A stretch of DNA of 64,000 nucleotides. Source: Octopus sinensis. Lineage: Eukaryota. Below are positions 1 through 12,801 of this stretch, in pieces. Every line of letters begins with the position of its first letter. Position 1 is the stretch's first letter. The notes under the pieces are model-generated. The model was given only the letters and a program-made list of their open reading frames with translations, did not search any database and was not told the origin of the DNA. A program made the translations under genes and the position numbers. The stretch is taken from positions 29,326,001 through 29,390,000 of the forward strand of contig NC_043005.1 of NCBI RefSeq assembly GCF_006345805.1. Reading direction: 5' to 3'.

Positions 1-204
1 TTAACTTCAAGAAGGAGACAAAGGTAGAATGTGACACATACATGAAACACACAGACAACTGATATGCTAAAAAAAGGAAAGGTTTCGCAACAAATCACGA
101 TGTGTCGTTCTTTGTTTCACTCCTAATACAACTATCTTCGTTTATCACGGGGTGTTGGTTAAAAAAAGAACAAACAAAAACAGTGAAAAATGAATCAGTG
201 ATAA

Positions 205-330
205 ATGAATCATCTTGATGCCTTTTGATAATAACAGATTCATTGACACCAAACTTGAAACCACAGCAGTGACGTTTCCACTTTCATGTGTTTGCTTGAT
301 GATCTTTACCTTTTCTTGTAGAGAATACAC
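205..330 (-). pseudogene. Decayed N-terminal HTH of a pogo/Tigger-type transposase
   Basis: Minus strand reads YSLQEKVKIIKQTHESGNVTAV, then after a frameshift KFGVNESVIIKR, resembling the 'Y..K..ii......n..a.ArkFgvne..ir.W' DNA-binding HTH of pogo transposases. No catalytic domain seen. Confidence 0.45.
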
Positions 331-759
331 TTGTCTGCATCATTTGTTAGGGTCAAGTGCCTTCATACTTCTTCCGTTCGCTGGTCCCATTGATGAATAA
401 GGGCAGATAAATCTGTATAAAAAATACGCTGCCTCGCAACACGGTCGTGTAAACATAAGCGGTGATCAGTGCATTCTAGATAGCTGAGCATAATGGGTGG
501 TCACCGGAGCGCGTTTTTATGGAACAAACATAATTTTTGACTGATCGCCTGCCCTTGTTATCACAAATGAATCCATGATAAACATAATACGGTTCCTATT
601 TGAGCGTATCTGGTTATCCCATATCAGCGATGAACGAATCATTGATAAACAAAGGCACATGTACTGCGTAAATATTTTGCCATAATAAATGAGTATAACG
701 TTATGAGTAATGATAGGGAAAGAAGCTAAAGCCAGACAAAGGAAGGATCTGAACTAGAG

Positions 760-1060
760 AAGAACTGAGTATAGATGTAGAAGCCATCGTTAGTGCAATA
801 CATAACATGGTTAATCCGTTTGATGTCGAGGATATTGATCTGTTACATCTGTCTTCAGTTGTTGCTGCCCTTGATAAGGCGAAGCTAGACTTGGTGAAAG
901 CAGAAGTTGGTGGCAACAGCTTTATTTATATCTTTTTATAAAGGAACTTTCTGAAGAAAGTGACTTCTTATTGACCCAATCAAATGTCAGAATCTTGCAA
1001 CATTTGAAATGAAGGTAAGAAAGACAAAGGAAAAATGGCGACATTAAAGACTGATTAAAA
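760..1060 (+). pseudogene. Fragment of an uncharacterised invertebrate DNA-transposon-like ORF
   Basis: Frameshifted translation DVEAIVSAIHNMVNPFDVEDIDLLHLSSVVAALDKAKLDLVKAE...IDPIKCQNLATF...KGKMATLKTD. This matches from memory a motif series (NPF..l..isSG.va...DLl.A...ffdpIk...l.TF...lKaD) in long uncharacterised repeat-borne ORFs of marine invertebrates. Superfamily not assigned. Confidence 0.4.
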
Positions 1061-3050
1061 AGAAAAAAAACTGCTTGCAAGGTTGGTATTTTTATTACAA
1101 AGGTGCGGAATATTGACATTCAACACCTCACGACTTACTGTCTTGGCACATTACTACTACTTTCGCCACAGAACGTGCGTGTGTGCATTGGTGTTTGATT
1201 TCCTGCATAATTATACATAAAAGCAGTTAAATATTAAGCGAATTTAGACATTAAATACTCGTCGTTTACTCGCGTGAGAAAATACAAAAGAATGGAGAAA
1301 AACTCGCGCATCGAAACGACTTGGGAAACGCTTCATTCACACATTCGTAAAGTACTTGCAAGGTCAATTTTAGATGGACAGATGGGCAGTCACTCAATTA
1401 GAATCATGACCATTGAATTCGGTGGCTGATTCTTGATCCACTTAATTGCAAATCATCAAAAGCCGTAAATCTTGTAAGAAGATATCAGAAACAAAAATTA
1501 TCAGGAGTTTGGAAAGCAACTTAGCTCTCTCATTAATCATTCGATTTTCTAACCGTGTAGTGAGTACACAGTTATAGATTATGTCTAAAGCAAAAAGTTA
1601 TGTACATTATTATATATTTCATAATTATACGAAGCAAAACGTTTAATTACAGATAATTTTTCTATTTTAATGAATTATATTCGAAATCACGAATCGCATT
1701 GCACTCACTTTTTCATTTTTTTTCCTGAATAGAATTTTTGTCACGATAAAATGGCTACCGTTAAGCGATTGTTCCGGATATATCATTGTTTCGTACGAAA
1801 GTTACGATTGCAATGAAAACGAATATCGATTTTTTCCCCTTTCCATTTTTCGTTTTCTTGTCAAGAATTAATTATTACTTCTACCTCAATAATCTTCTAA
1901 TCCATTTGAGTTCTTTAAGTGAAAATCCTACCAAAATCAATATAGAAATCATCTTTGCGTGGATTGTCACGCTAACCATTATTCTATCGTACATTCTTAA
2001 AATATTGTTAACTCTACAGTAAACGGACCTTTTAATGCTTGAGTGTTCTTCCATCAGTTCTGTATCATGTTTAAAATGATCTAATTAAAAATTCCATTGA
2101 CTCGATATCATGATTTGTGATTTATTATCTTTTAAATGTCGAGTAGACTCTCTTGACCCCATCGAGGAGTTAACCCATATATCTACCACAGTTAGTCACC
2201 GTTCGAAGAGATCTTCCTGTTATAGAAAACGAAATAATTAGAAAAATGCTGCCTTAGCCGAGTACATTTTTATCCCATTAGATTTTAAGATTATTAAATT
2301 TTCACCAGCATCTCAATAATATAATGTAATTAGATAAATGGTAAAGCGGACATGAGCATCACGCACGTAATTGTCTGTGTACGGTCGTGTAAACTAATTT
2401 AATGTATTTGGTGTTGTAGTCCTTAGAGGATTACAATGTCCACTGGGCTATAAACTACTAAATATTAGCTTTGTTTATTTTCGCTGAAGTTAATTCTCGT
2501 ATCTTCTCGAAGAAGTTATCTTTATTCCAAAAAAAGGAATTAGTTGATAAGACGCTGTACGCCTTCTTACTTTGTTAAATTGTATGTTATGAAACTTTTC
2601 CTCGCAATTTAGTATTTTTTTAAAGGTCGGCCTACCCCGTTGGGTAAATATACAATTACAAACGGTTCGCTTTCCTCACGAGGTTTATGTTCTTAAAGGA
2701 AATTTGAAACATTAGGAAAGATGCTTAATTTATCTCTTCCACCTTGAATCAGATGCCGTGTATTTCTGTTAGAGAAATGTGATAAAAACACTCCCATGAA
2801 GGTGATTCTGTTCCTAATTCCTCCGAGGCCAATAAAATAATTACAGAGGAAATACTGCTGTGTCTTGAGGGTGGATCAGTTTAATCGATTATACATCTGT
2901 ACATCTTCCTAATATATTGTAGACTTGTGCCAACCTGATAAATTATTCTGGAATTTGAAATAATTCTTAAACTGAATAAGGAATCGTTCACAAATCTATC
3001 GCCTCTTTAAACGGTTGCTTTGTTAACATCAGAACAGACCAATTTCACAG

Positions 3051-3415
3051 GTGATGAGCATCCGCCGGGCATTCTGAGCTAAGCCGAAAAATATTCGTTC
3101 CGATACAGAAATCGGTAAATAAAACATACTCTGATTTAGGCGAAGCTAGCCAAGCTAGAATTAAATCAATATACACTCTTTAAAATAGCACTAGATTGAA
3201 ATAACATTTACAATGTATATACAAATGTAGAACGGTGCTAACTATGATATTTTGTCTCAGAGAAACTTCTCGAAGAGACTGATTCAAATTCGTATATTGA
3301 TTTAATTGTAGCCTGGCTAGCTTTCGCACCAATCATCAAATGTTTTATTTATCGATTTCGGTATCGGAACGAATATTTTTCGGTTTAGCTCAAAATGTCC
3401 GGGCTTGTTCGTCAC
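3051..3415. mobile_element. MITE/foldback element with ~120-bp terminal inverted repeats
   Basis: 3051-3173 (…GAGCTAAGCCGAAAAATATTCGTTCCGATACAGAAATCGGTAAATAAAACAT…) is the imperfect reverse complement of 3293-3415. Non-coding centre. Confidence 0.8.
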
Positions 3416-3559
3416 GGAGCAGAGCAAATGAGACGGAAACATCATGCTTGACATACTGAGCGAGTTCCGTGTTTTCTAACAAAACAGGTTTATTTGATGT
3501 ATGTGTCGCATTCTGAAACACAAAATACTACAGCTAGCGTCACTCTACATTTGTATATA

Positions 3560-3562
<3 letters not shown>

Positions 3563-3620
<58 letters not shown>
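3563..3620. repeat. (CA)n microsatellite
   Basis: Direct reading. Confidence 0.98.
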
Positions 3621-3624
<4 letters not shown>

Positions 3625-4237
3625 TATGTAGATACCAAGACATCAATAGCGCAGTGGGCAGTGCGTCAGTCTAATGATCACAGCTTACTCAAAAGGAATC
3701 TAAATTTCACGAGTTCGATCCTCATTTTGAACAAACTTTTACAAGGTGGTGCTCCAGCATGGTCGTCATATATTTTTCTGCGTAAAAAAAAAACTTGCCT
3801 TCTAGAGATTACAAGTCTGCAAACTGTATACAAGATTCACATCGAAATGTCGAAGTGGGGAAGTCGAAGATACATGAAGATTATCATCTGTAACAGCTTT
3901 CTGAAAGCTGCAGTCGGCTTCATATCAAACAATGAAGTGTAAAACTTTCAAAGGTACATGCAACCTTCTCCACTTGCTGCTTTGAAAATGCAATGGAAAA
4001 ATATATTAACACATTAAACCTAACTTTCAGATCAAATATTATTGAAGAAGATATTTTCTATGAATGTATGCTTGGGAGAAAACTTAAAAATAGCTGGACA
4101 TTTTAAAACATAACTATGTTTCATTCATTTCGCATAATAATAAGTTAAATTATCATTATCGATGGTCAAACAAATGAAAGCATCACATACTTTTACTCGT
4201 ATATTCATTGGACATGAGGGGCGATTTAAAGTTCTTT

Positions 4238-4330
4238 GTGGCTGTGTAGTAAGAAGCTTGTTCCCCAACCACATGGTTCCGGTTTCAGTCCCACTGCGTG
4301 GCACCTTAAGCGTTTTCTACTATAGCCTCT
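4238..4330 (+). mobile_element. SINE family A, head only
   Basis: GTGGCTGTGTAGTAAG…ATGGTTCCGGTTTCAGTCCCACTGCGTGGCACC matches the head of the full copies at 21043 and 41468. Confidence 0.75.
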
Positions 4331-4399
4331 CGTTTGCGTATTGGACTCATTTGCTTTCGTATTTCATGTTGTTTACTGTTTCGTGACATATGCAGGTTG

Positions 4400-4585
4400 C
4401 TAAACCACTAAACCTTTTTTATATTTTATATTCTCTCTCTCTGTTTATCTTTGTGTTCCTTTCTGTTGAAGAGCGTAGGCTCGAAGCGTAAAAAACTTTC
4501 AAACTTCCCGAGCGTTAAACATCTGTTTGCTGTTTACACACCCGTCTTCGTCTTTTGTTTTGTTTGTTTTGTTTTTGTAAATTCC

Positions 4586-4672
<87 letters not shown>

Positions 4673-4675
4673 ATA
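4400..4675 (+). mobile_element. Short PLE-terminus-like repeat ending in (TA)n, with a degenerate hammerhead-like motif at 4459-4494
   Basis: CTTT-CTGTTGA-A-GAGC(GTAG)GCTC-GAAGC-GTA-AAA has hammerhead topology, but A6 and the GAAA core are mutated. Followed by a ~90-bp TA tract. Confidence 0.45.
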
Positions 4676-5093
4676 CCAGAATTTGTTTGGGAGTTTGAAA
4701 ATGTACCTGCATGCATCTCGAAACGCGTAGTCGTTTTAAAATTTTGTAATAGATTTATTCAAATGCCAACCGGTTTCAACAATGTTTTCTTTATCAAGGG
4801 TAAAAAAAAAAAAAACTGGTGTAGGAGAGTTTAAAGTTAGAAGGTAAAATTCAGAAAAACATGTTTAAACAATTCAAATGTTCATAGAAATTCCACTGAG
4901 TTTTACAGAGATAGTAATGTAATGTAAGTTTAAAGGTTCGGCGAAGTTCATAACAGTCATACATGACTGAACGTTCAGGAATGTTGAGTTATATTAACAA
5001 TTAGATACGATGAAGTTTTTTAAAAAATGAATAAGAGAAGAAAATGGAGTGAAAGAAAAAGTGCTTTTTCCAATATCTGTCGTAGTGCATGAA

Positions 5094-5158
5094 GGCGGTG
5101 TTCTTTGTCGCTGGTTTTACTGACGAGAGTTCGAAATGTCTTAAGTTAAAATTGTTAG

Positions 5159-5207
<49 letters not shown>

Positions 5208-5283
5208 ATATTATCTACTACAAACAATTTTAACTTAAGACATTCGAACTCTCCGTGAGTAAAACCAGCGACAAAAGAACCCG

Positions 5284-5287
<4 letters not shown>
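5094..5287. repeat. ~67-bp inverted repeat around a (TA)n tract, PLE-end-like
   Basis: GGCGGTGTTCTTTGTCGCTGGTTTTACTGACGAGAGTTCGAAATGTCTTAAGTTAAAATTGTT recurs as an imperfect reverse complement at ~5222-5287. The left arm contains CTGACGA-G…C-GAAA-TGTC. Confidence 0.8.
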
Positions 5288-5325
<38 letters not shown>

Positions 5326-5369
5326 ATAATATATAATATATAATAGAATATATATATATATATATATTA

Positions 5370-5417
<48 letters not shown>

Positions 5418-5439
5418 TCTAATATATATATATATATAT

Positions 5440-5690
5440 GGAGGCGCGTGGCCTTAGTGGTTAGGGGTCAGCACCATGATTGTAAGATTGTGGTTTCGAT
5501 TCCTGGACCGAGCGACGCCGTTGTGTTCTTGAGCAAGACACTTCATTTCACGTTGCTCCAGTCTACTCAGCTGGCAAAAATGAGTAACGCTGCGAAGGAC
5601 TGGCGTCCCGTCCAGTTGGGGAACACATACGCCATTGAAACCGGGAAACTGGGCCCATGAAATGGCTAGGCTTTAGAAGGGCGCAATTTT
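5440..5690 (+). mobile_element. tRNA-derived SINE family C
   Basis: A-box-like TGGCCTTAGTGG, B-box-like GGTTTCGATTCC, then core TTGTGTTCTTGAGCAAGACACTTCATTTCACGTTGCTCCAGT shared with the copy at 5750-6078. Confidence 0.75.
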
Positions 5691-5696
5691 TATTAA

Positions 5697-5727
<31 letters not shown>

Positions 5728-5749
5728 ACACACACACATATATATATAT

Positions 5750-6078
5750 GCTTCGGTTATGAATGAACATGGGATTGAACTTAGACTGTTACCCTCTGAG
5801 GTACATGTCCGGGCAAGGTTGTTTGTAGAAGGTCAGCAGCCGCCCATGCGTCCCCTCTCCACACCATTGATGTTATCCAAGGGAGAGGCAAAGAGGGCCG
5901 ATACAGCTTGGCACCAGTGATGTCGCAACTCATTTCTACAGCTGAGTGAACTGGAGCAACGTGAAATAAAGTATCTTGCTCAAGAACACAACACGCATCT
6001 CGGTCCGGGAATCGAACTCACAACCTCACGATCATAGGCTCGACACTCTAACCACTGAACCACTGAGCCATGCGCCTT
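5750..6078 (-). mobile_element. tRNA-derived SINE family C, related subfamily
   Basis: Minus strand: TGGCTCAGTGG (A box), GAGTTCGATTCCC (B box) and the same central core as 5440-5690 but a different tail. Confidence 0.75.
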
Positions 6079-6082
6079 CGCG

Positions 6083-6127
<45 letters not shown>

Positions 6128-6478
6128 GTGTAGGTATGTTTTTACGGTAAAGGATCAAGTTCTGATTGGTTACAAAATCACGTTTGTGAAAAATAATTTT
6201 TAACCACACAATCCTTCCTGTGCCTATATTTATTTATTTATGATCCTGATGATGAAAAATTAAAAAAAAATGTTAGTCGGTTGAAGCTCGCTGTTAGTTT
6301 AGGCATTTTTGAACGGTTATTGAAACGTGTGTTTATAGATTACAAAGAAGTTCAATGCAACACAAATTTGTTTTTCTTAAGCCCTTGGACACATAAGCCG
6401 ACTACTCTGTTTTCATGACGTACCACTGGCGGAGATCAGGCTTAAACCTCGAGACGCCGGGTCGTTGCTGTTTTCAAG

Positions 6479-6578
6479 NNNNNNNNNNNNNNNNNNNNNN
6501 NNNNNNNNNNNNNNNNNNNNNNNNNNNNNNNNNNNNNNNNNNNNNNNNNNNNNNNNNNNNNNNNNNNNNNNNNNNNNN
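6479..6578. other. Assembly gap (100 N)
   Basis: Exactly 100 N, the usual placeholder for a gap of unknown size. Adjacency across it is not guaranteed. Confidence 0.98.
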
Positions 6579-6895
6579 ATACATGCATACATACATGCAT
6601 GCATACATACATGCATGCATCCATACATACATACGTACGTACATTCATCCATCCATACATACACGCATGCATGCATCCATCTTTCCATACATGCATGCAT
6701 ACACACGTATGTCATACATACATATGTGCGTCATACATACATACGTACGTACATCCATCCATCCATACATACATACATGCATTCATCCATGCATGCATGC
6801 ATTCACTCGTACAAACATACATGCATGCATACACACGTATGTCATGCATACATACATACGTACATCCATACATACATGCATGCATACATTTACAC
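6579..6895. repeat. Degenerate (CATA)n/(CATG)n tetranucleotide satellite
   Basis: Direct reading. It explains the HTYI/MYVC ORFs in the track. Confidence 0.95.
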
Positions 6896-7900
6896 AAATT
6901 CACACAAAAACCTAGAAATCTTAGACTTTCCGAAGAGCAAAACAAACTACCGAGGGTTCTCCAAATTGAATCTATTCGGTGGTAAAGTGAAGATTTGTAA
7001 GACATTCCAAAGATGCGCCATCGGGGATTCTTTCGGTGAATGGATGCACACACTTGGGTTCGTGCTTCGACAGCTCAACCAACACACCAACTCAACCACT
7101 CATTTATTCATCAGTCAAAAAGCCTTGTCGCTTTGTTAGCGACCGGTTTGAACTCTCTTAGGATGAACTTTTATATCATATGCGCTTACTATGTGTTAAT
7201 CTGTGTGTGTGTATGTGTGTGTGTGTGCTTCGAACTTTCTTGTATTTTTAAGTAAAATATACAATTTGGTATTTTGAAGCCAAAGACAGACCTTTTGGCG
7301 TTTTGATTCCTTTGACATTTTGAAATGTTGTTACCTGTCATAATGCTAAGGAGTCTAACCTGCGAGATATCTACAGCTAAATCTTTGACAATGAATTGCT
7401 CCAAGCTATTATGTCTTTAATATGGAATTCTGAACGCTCAAACGAAAAGCATTTTGACGTAATTTGCTCCGGGATTTCTCGGCTGGTTTTTAAAACCATT
7501 GAGGTACGCGCCCAGGCAACCAATGTTAATTCTTAAGTATACAAACAAGAAAACTGCTATCACAGGGGATTTTTTAATCGAATTCTTGTACTTGTTGTAA
7601 AGTGGTTTGCTTCGTAATCGCGTATTCTCAGGTTCAGTCGCACCGCGTGGCTCCTTGAATGAGTGAATTCTACAACAGTCCTACACCGATAGATTCCTTG
7701 TGAATGAATTTCGTAGAAATTATATATACAAGCGTGTCGTAAAGGTATGTGTGAGCATGTGTGTTACGTGTACTTATACATACGTGCACATGCATACACT
7801 CACATAAATATCCATCAGTTATTTCAGATCTTTCTTTGAAATGGTAATTTAATTGAGGCAGATATTGATACTATTTCTATTGGTCTGAGTAGTCATATAG

Positions 7901-7942
<42 letters not shown>

Positions 7943-7995
7943 ATATATATATATAACATATATATATATATATACATGCATAGTATGCATATATA

Positions 7996-8252
7996 CTCTT
8001 TTACTCTCTCTTTTATTCTTTTACTTGTTTCAGTCAATTGACTGCGGCCATGCTGGAGCACCGCCTTTAGTCGAGCAAATCGACCCCGGGATTTATTCTT
8101 TGTAAGCCCAGTACTTATTCTATCGGTCACTTTTGCCGAACCGCTAAGTGACGGGGACGTAAACACACCAGCATCGGTTGTCAAGCAATGCTAGGGGGGC
8201 AAACACAGACACACAAACATATACATACACACACACACACACACAACACACT

Positions 8253-8296
<44 letters not shown>

Positions 8297-8436
8297 ATAC
8301 ATATGTACGACAGGCGTCTTTCAGTTTCCGTCTACCAAATCCACTCACAGGCATTGGTCGGCCCGGGGCTATAGCAGAGGTCACTTGCCAAGATGCCACG
8401 CAGTGGGACTGAACCCGGAACCATGTGTTGGTAAGC
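7996..8436 (-). mobile_element. SINE family A, full bipartite copy (head + internal (TA)/(TG) microsatellite + tail)
   Basis: Reverse complement of the 21043-21450 copy, including TTAGCGGTTCGGCAAAA…GGCGGTGCTCCAGCATGGCCGCAGT. Confidence 0.9.
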
Positions 8437-8497
8437 ATGGTAAATATGGAAACAAGGAGAAATTAGCTATTTCTCCGCAGACTGAAAAAATGATGAA

Positions 8498-8565
<68 letters not shown>

Positions 8566-9099
8566 ATGGCAAGATAACAATACTCGGAGTTTTATTATGG
8601 CAACCGAATAATTGTCACATATTACATTACACACACACACACACACATACACACATATATATATATATATATATATATGCGCGTCTGTCTACTCTATACC
8701 TCTTGCCATATGTTGAATCCTCCAACTTTATTATATACTCCCACCCGAGTAGAGCATTACAAACTGTCTTTAGTTCAACAACGGCTTATGAGGTGAATAA
8801 TGACAGGAATGTTAAAATGCCTAGTGATAGAAATTCCATATGTCCTTTATAGGGTGCATCTGGGTTCCACCTTACCAGATGGTTCAATTCATTTAGATAT
8901 AGCTACCCCCGATTACCAGCGTGAATATATCTTTTATCTTATATTTGTTTCAGTCATTAGACTGTGGTCATGCTGGGGCAATACCTTTAAGGGTTTTAAC
9001 CGAACATATGTGTGTATGCATATTTTATTTATATGTATATATACATATGTTTCTGTGTTTACTAATGTTTGTCTCCGTGTGGTCTGATGTATATAAATG

Positions 9100-9835
9100 A
9101 GTATAAGAACTGTGAGTATATTTTTTAGTATGTTTTTGCTTATGTGTATGTGCTTCTATGTAGGCGTAAGTATAGCTTTTTCACTACAGTCCATTAAGAT
9201 AGAAAGTGTTTTGAGGTGTGCTTAGAAAATGTAATGGAAATTAATGTCTTTCGACCTCTTAATCCTATTTGAAAATTGCTGTTGTTCTCTTGGTTTAATC
9301 TTTATATCTCCAGTTGTCTGTTCTCAATGGAATTCATTTATATATTTCATATATGTTTTAATGTACTTTTTAAATATATTTACTGTAACTGCTTTCTGTC
9401 CTCTTTTTACCCCTTCCTGCTTTTTGTTAACATTAAAGACGGTCAATTCCCTGAAATTAGATCCAACACCTTAATTGATATGAAAGGACATATCTATATT
9501 TTTACTGACCATACCAAGATAATTTTATCTAGTCTTGGTCTTCCATACATTGTATATATAAAGAGAAAATTGTCTATGTATACTTAGAGATAAATCATTG
9601 GTGTAACCATGACATTCTGGTGATCCGAAGAACTTCCTTTGTTTATATGCATTGGTTTGTAAATATACAACTGTATTGTATAATGTGTAACATGCATATT
9701 AGTGCAGACATGTAAACATAATTTATTATACGTTGAAATTATTAGTACCTGAAGAAGGCTGTGAAACAGCCGTAACCCTAAAGATGTCAAGTGGTTAAAT
9801 AAATGAATTTCCCTCTCAGGCCTCCTGACTTTTAT
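9100..9835 (+). mobile_element. Possible decayed PLE 3' terminal region with broken hammerhead core at 9749-9776
   Basis: CTGAAGA-A-GGCTG(TGAAA)CAGCC-GTAAC: core and stem II are present, but GAAA has become GTAA and no clear stem I/III remains. Ends at a TA tract. Confidence 0.35.
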
Positions 9836-10072
9836 GATTTATATATATATATATATAATTTCGAGTAGCGTGCGTATTGTGAAAAAATTATATGGATAAT
9901 GGACAATATGTCCAATTTTTCGGCATATTTGGCATTAGAAATGTTTTCCTTTGCCCTCATTTATGAATTGTTTATAAATTTAACCGTTAAAGGTATTTTT
10001 TAATATGCTGGCCATTGATAAAATTTTTTTCGAGAAAATACTTTTTTTCGAAAAGAATTTTATCCTCACATT

Positions 10073-10142
<70 letters not shown>

Positions 10143-11057
10143 TGTGTGTGTGTGTGTACGTGTTTGCGCTCATCTGAGCTTAAGTGAAAAGTGTAATGAA
10201 CGAAACTCTCGGCCTTTGAGTCAATTCTGTAATTTTCTGCCAATAAAAAAGTTTTTTTCCAAATTGGACCTAATGTTTAGTTTGAGTGCAAGTTCGTCAG
10301 GACAAATGAATTTGAAAGCCTCCTGTCGCTTTATACAGATGTCTTGTAACTTCAGTATTTTCGCAGAGAGGAGAGACGAATTTATCATTTTATTTCAAAC
10401 CCAAAGAATAAAAATTACGCATCGTATAAAATTATAGCGACGTCGAAGTAGACTAACGAAGAGACAACAGTTAATAATTAACATATTTGAAGTGCTCTGC
10501 TTCCTGGCAAAGGGACTGATAAATATCCTAATAGCATTTTATAATGCAATCAAGTTGCAACGGTTTGATACATAAATGCTTCGTACAGAGGGATCGATAT
10601 TGTAAATAAATGGTGAACATTTCGGTAACAATAAGGCTTATTAAATATGTATGTAATTTTATATTTAGATATACGAGAGAAGAGCACAATCTATATTACT
10701 ATTTATAGGAAAAAATGTTCAGCGAAACGCCCCTGAAACAATGTTTCGCTTTAATACATATTCGCCATGTGTATACTTACAAACACGATGAATATACAAA
10801 CGCAACTATATGATTATATATGCATAAATGTATAGGTGCGTATGTGGACGCAAGCGTGTATTTAAAGATTTAACTTCAAAAGCCAGCAGTTCAGAGTTCG
10901 GTATCCCTTTACAGTTCTTTTGGTAAAAATGCGTTACCCAATACCATGTGAGTGAGAAATTCGGTTGAGAGAAACTGTGCGTTTATACATATATGCAAAA
11001 ATACCTGCATACAAACATACATACGTACATACAAAAATACCAGCATATATATAATCG

Positions 11058-11169
11058 GATGGTGTCGGGTTCAGTTCCACTACGTGGCAACCTGGCAAAT
11101 GTCACATCTCGGGCCAACTCAAGCCTTTTGAGTGAGTAGATTTTGTTGACGGAAACTAAAAGAAGCCTG

Positions 11170-11209
<40 letters not shown>

Positions 11210-11432
11210 ATGTATACACGTGTGCTTGCTTTGTCGTTGTGTTTGATCCCTGCCACAGCTTGACAATCGGTGTTTCTTTACGCCACCGTGACTTAGTCGT
11301 TCGACAAAAGAGGCCAATAAAATATGTACCAGACTTAAAAAATAACTACTGGTGTCGGTTTGTTCGACTACACCCTTCAAGGTAGGACAGTAGCATGGCT
11401 GCAGTCCAATGACTGAAGTAAGCAAAAGATAA
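11058..11432 (+). mobile_element. SINE family A, diverged
   Basis: Head, (TG)n and tail segments are homologous to the other family A copies. Confidence 0.8.
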
Positions 11433-11472
11433 ATGGGCTAAAACATTTTTAAGGATTTTAAGGATTTATATA

Positions 11473-12712
11473 CGAGGGACGTTCAGTAAGTAATTCCCCT
11501 GACACACTTGTTGTTGTTTGATCTTGCTGAAATTTTGCATGTGCAATTATTCTGATTTACAGGTGTTTGAACTGAGTCAAGTGTGAAATGGAGCCTGTTG
11601 AGTGTCGAGCAGTGATCCGGGTTTTGTATTTGAAAGGACGCACACCACGGGAGACTTTTGATGAAATGAAAGTAACTTATGATAATGATGCCCCATCATA
11701 TGACCTTGTAAAACGCTGGCATCGTGAATTCAAACATGGTCGGAACTCTGTGGAAACAGCCCCCAGATCTGGTCACCCTCCTTCTGCCATTGATGAGGCA
11801 TCTGTCCGTCAAGTTGAGGCTGCCATTTTGGAAGACCGACGCATAACTATTCGCCAAATAGCCCATGAGGTCAAGATTAGTACCGGGTCTGTGGAAACTA
11901 TCATTCATGACCATTTGCATATGCAAAAGGTGTCTGCCAGATGGATTCCCATGTTGCTCACACCTTTCCAGAAGCAAGAACGCGTCGAGTGCTCGAGGAT
12001 GAATTTGGAGATGTGCCAAGAAGATGAGTCAAAATTTTTCAAAAGACTGATTACACAGGATGAAACCTGGGTCCATCACCATGATCCAGAGACCAAAGCC
12101 CAGTCAATGCAGTGGAAACACCGTGACTCACCTCCTCCAAAGAAGGCAAGGGTGCAGCCCTCCGCTGGCAAGGTCATGCTCACAGTCTTCTGGGACGAGA
12201 ACGGAGTAGAGATGACAGATTTCCTGGCAAAAGGTACCACAATTACAGGAGCCTATTATGCTTCACTTTTGAGGAAATTAAGAGAAGCTATCAAAATCAA
12301 GAGGCGGGGCAAGATCAGCAAAGGCATCCTCCTCCTGCAGGACAACGCTCCGGTTCACAACTCGATGGTCGCCAGATCAGAAGCACAGGCGTGCGGCTAT
12401 GAACTCTTCCCCCAAACTCCTACTCTCCTGACCTTGCACCCTCGGATTTTCCCCTCTTCCTAGCCGTGAAGTTGTTTTTGAAAGGAAAGCGTTTCCCAGA
12501 TGATGCAGCCTTGATTTCTGAAGTCAGGTCGTGGTTGGAGGACCAAGCTGGGGTCTTCTACAAAAACGGTCTCTAGAGCTGCATCAAACGATGGGAGAAA
12601 TGTATAATTCTGGATGGTTCCTATGTAAAAGAAGACTAATAACTGTGCCAAGTGTCGTTGCTCTACTGCTATGGGAAGTGGGTCAGGGGCATTACTTATT
12701 GAATGCCCCTCG
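11473..12712 (+). mobile_element. mariner (DD34D) DNA transposon, full length
   Basis: 31-bp TIRs (CGAGGGACGTTCAGTAAGTAATTCCCCTGAC and reverse complement, 4 mismatches), flanked by TA on both sides. Confidence 0.95.
11588..12639 (+). pseudogene. mariner transposase, one frameshift (~12415) and one late stop
   Basis: WIPMLL, ITQDETW, LQDNAPVH. The shifted frame gives YSPDLAPSDF…RWEKCIILDGSYVKED*. Confidence 0.93.
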
Positions 12713-12761
<49 letters not shown>

Positions 12762-12801
12762 GATATATAGGGTCATATATATATATATATATATAGATAT
12801 A

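Noticed and set aside
441-2394. 14-bp direct repeat ACGGTCGTGTAAAC at 441 and 2381
   Set aside because: An isolated short match without flanking similarity. It may be a transposon subterminal motif, but element boundaries cannot be defined from it.
3261-3275. Perfect three-unit heat-shock element (aGAAacTTCtcGAAg) in the MITE centre
   Set aside because: About one such match is expected by chance in 64 kb of AT-rich DNA, and no promoter or gene is nearby.
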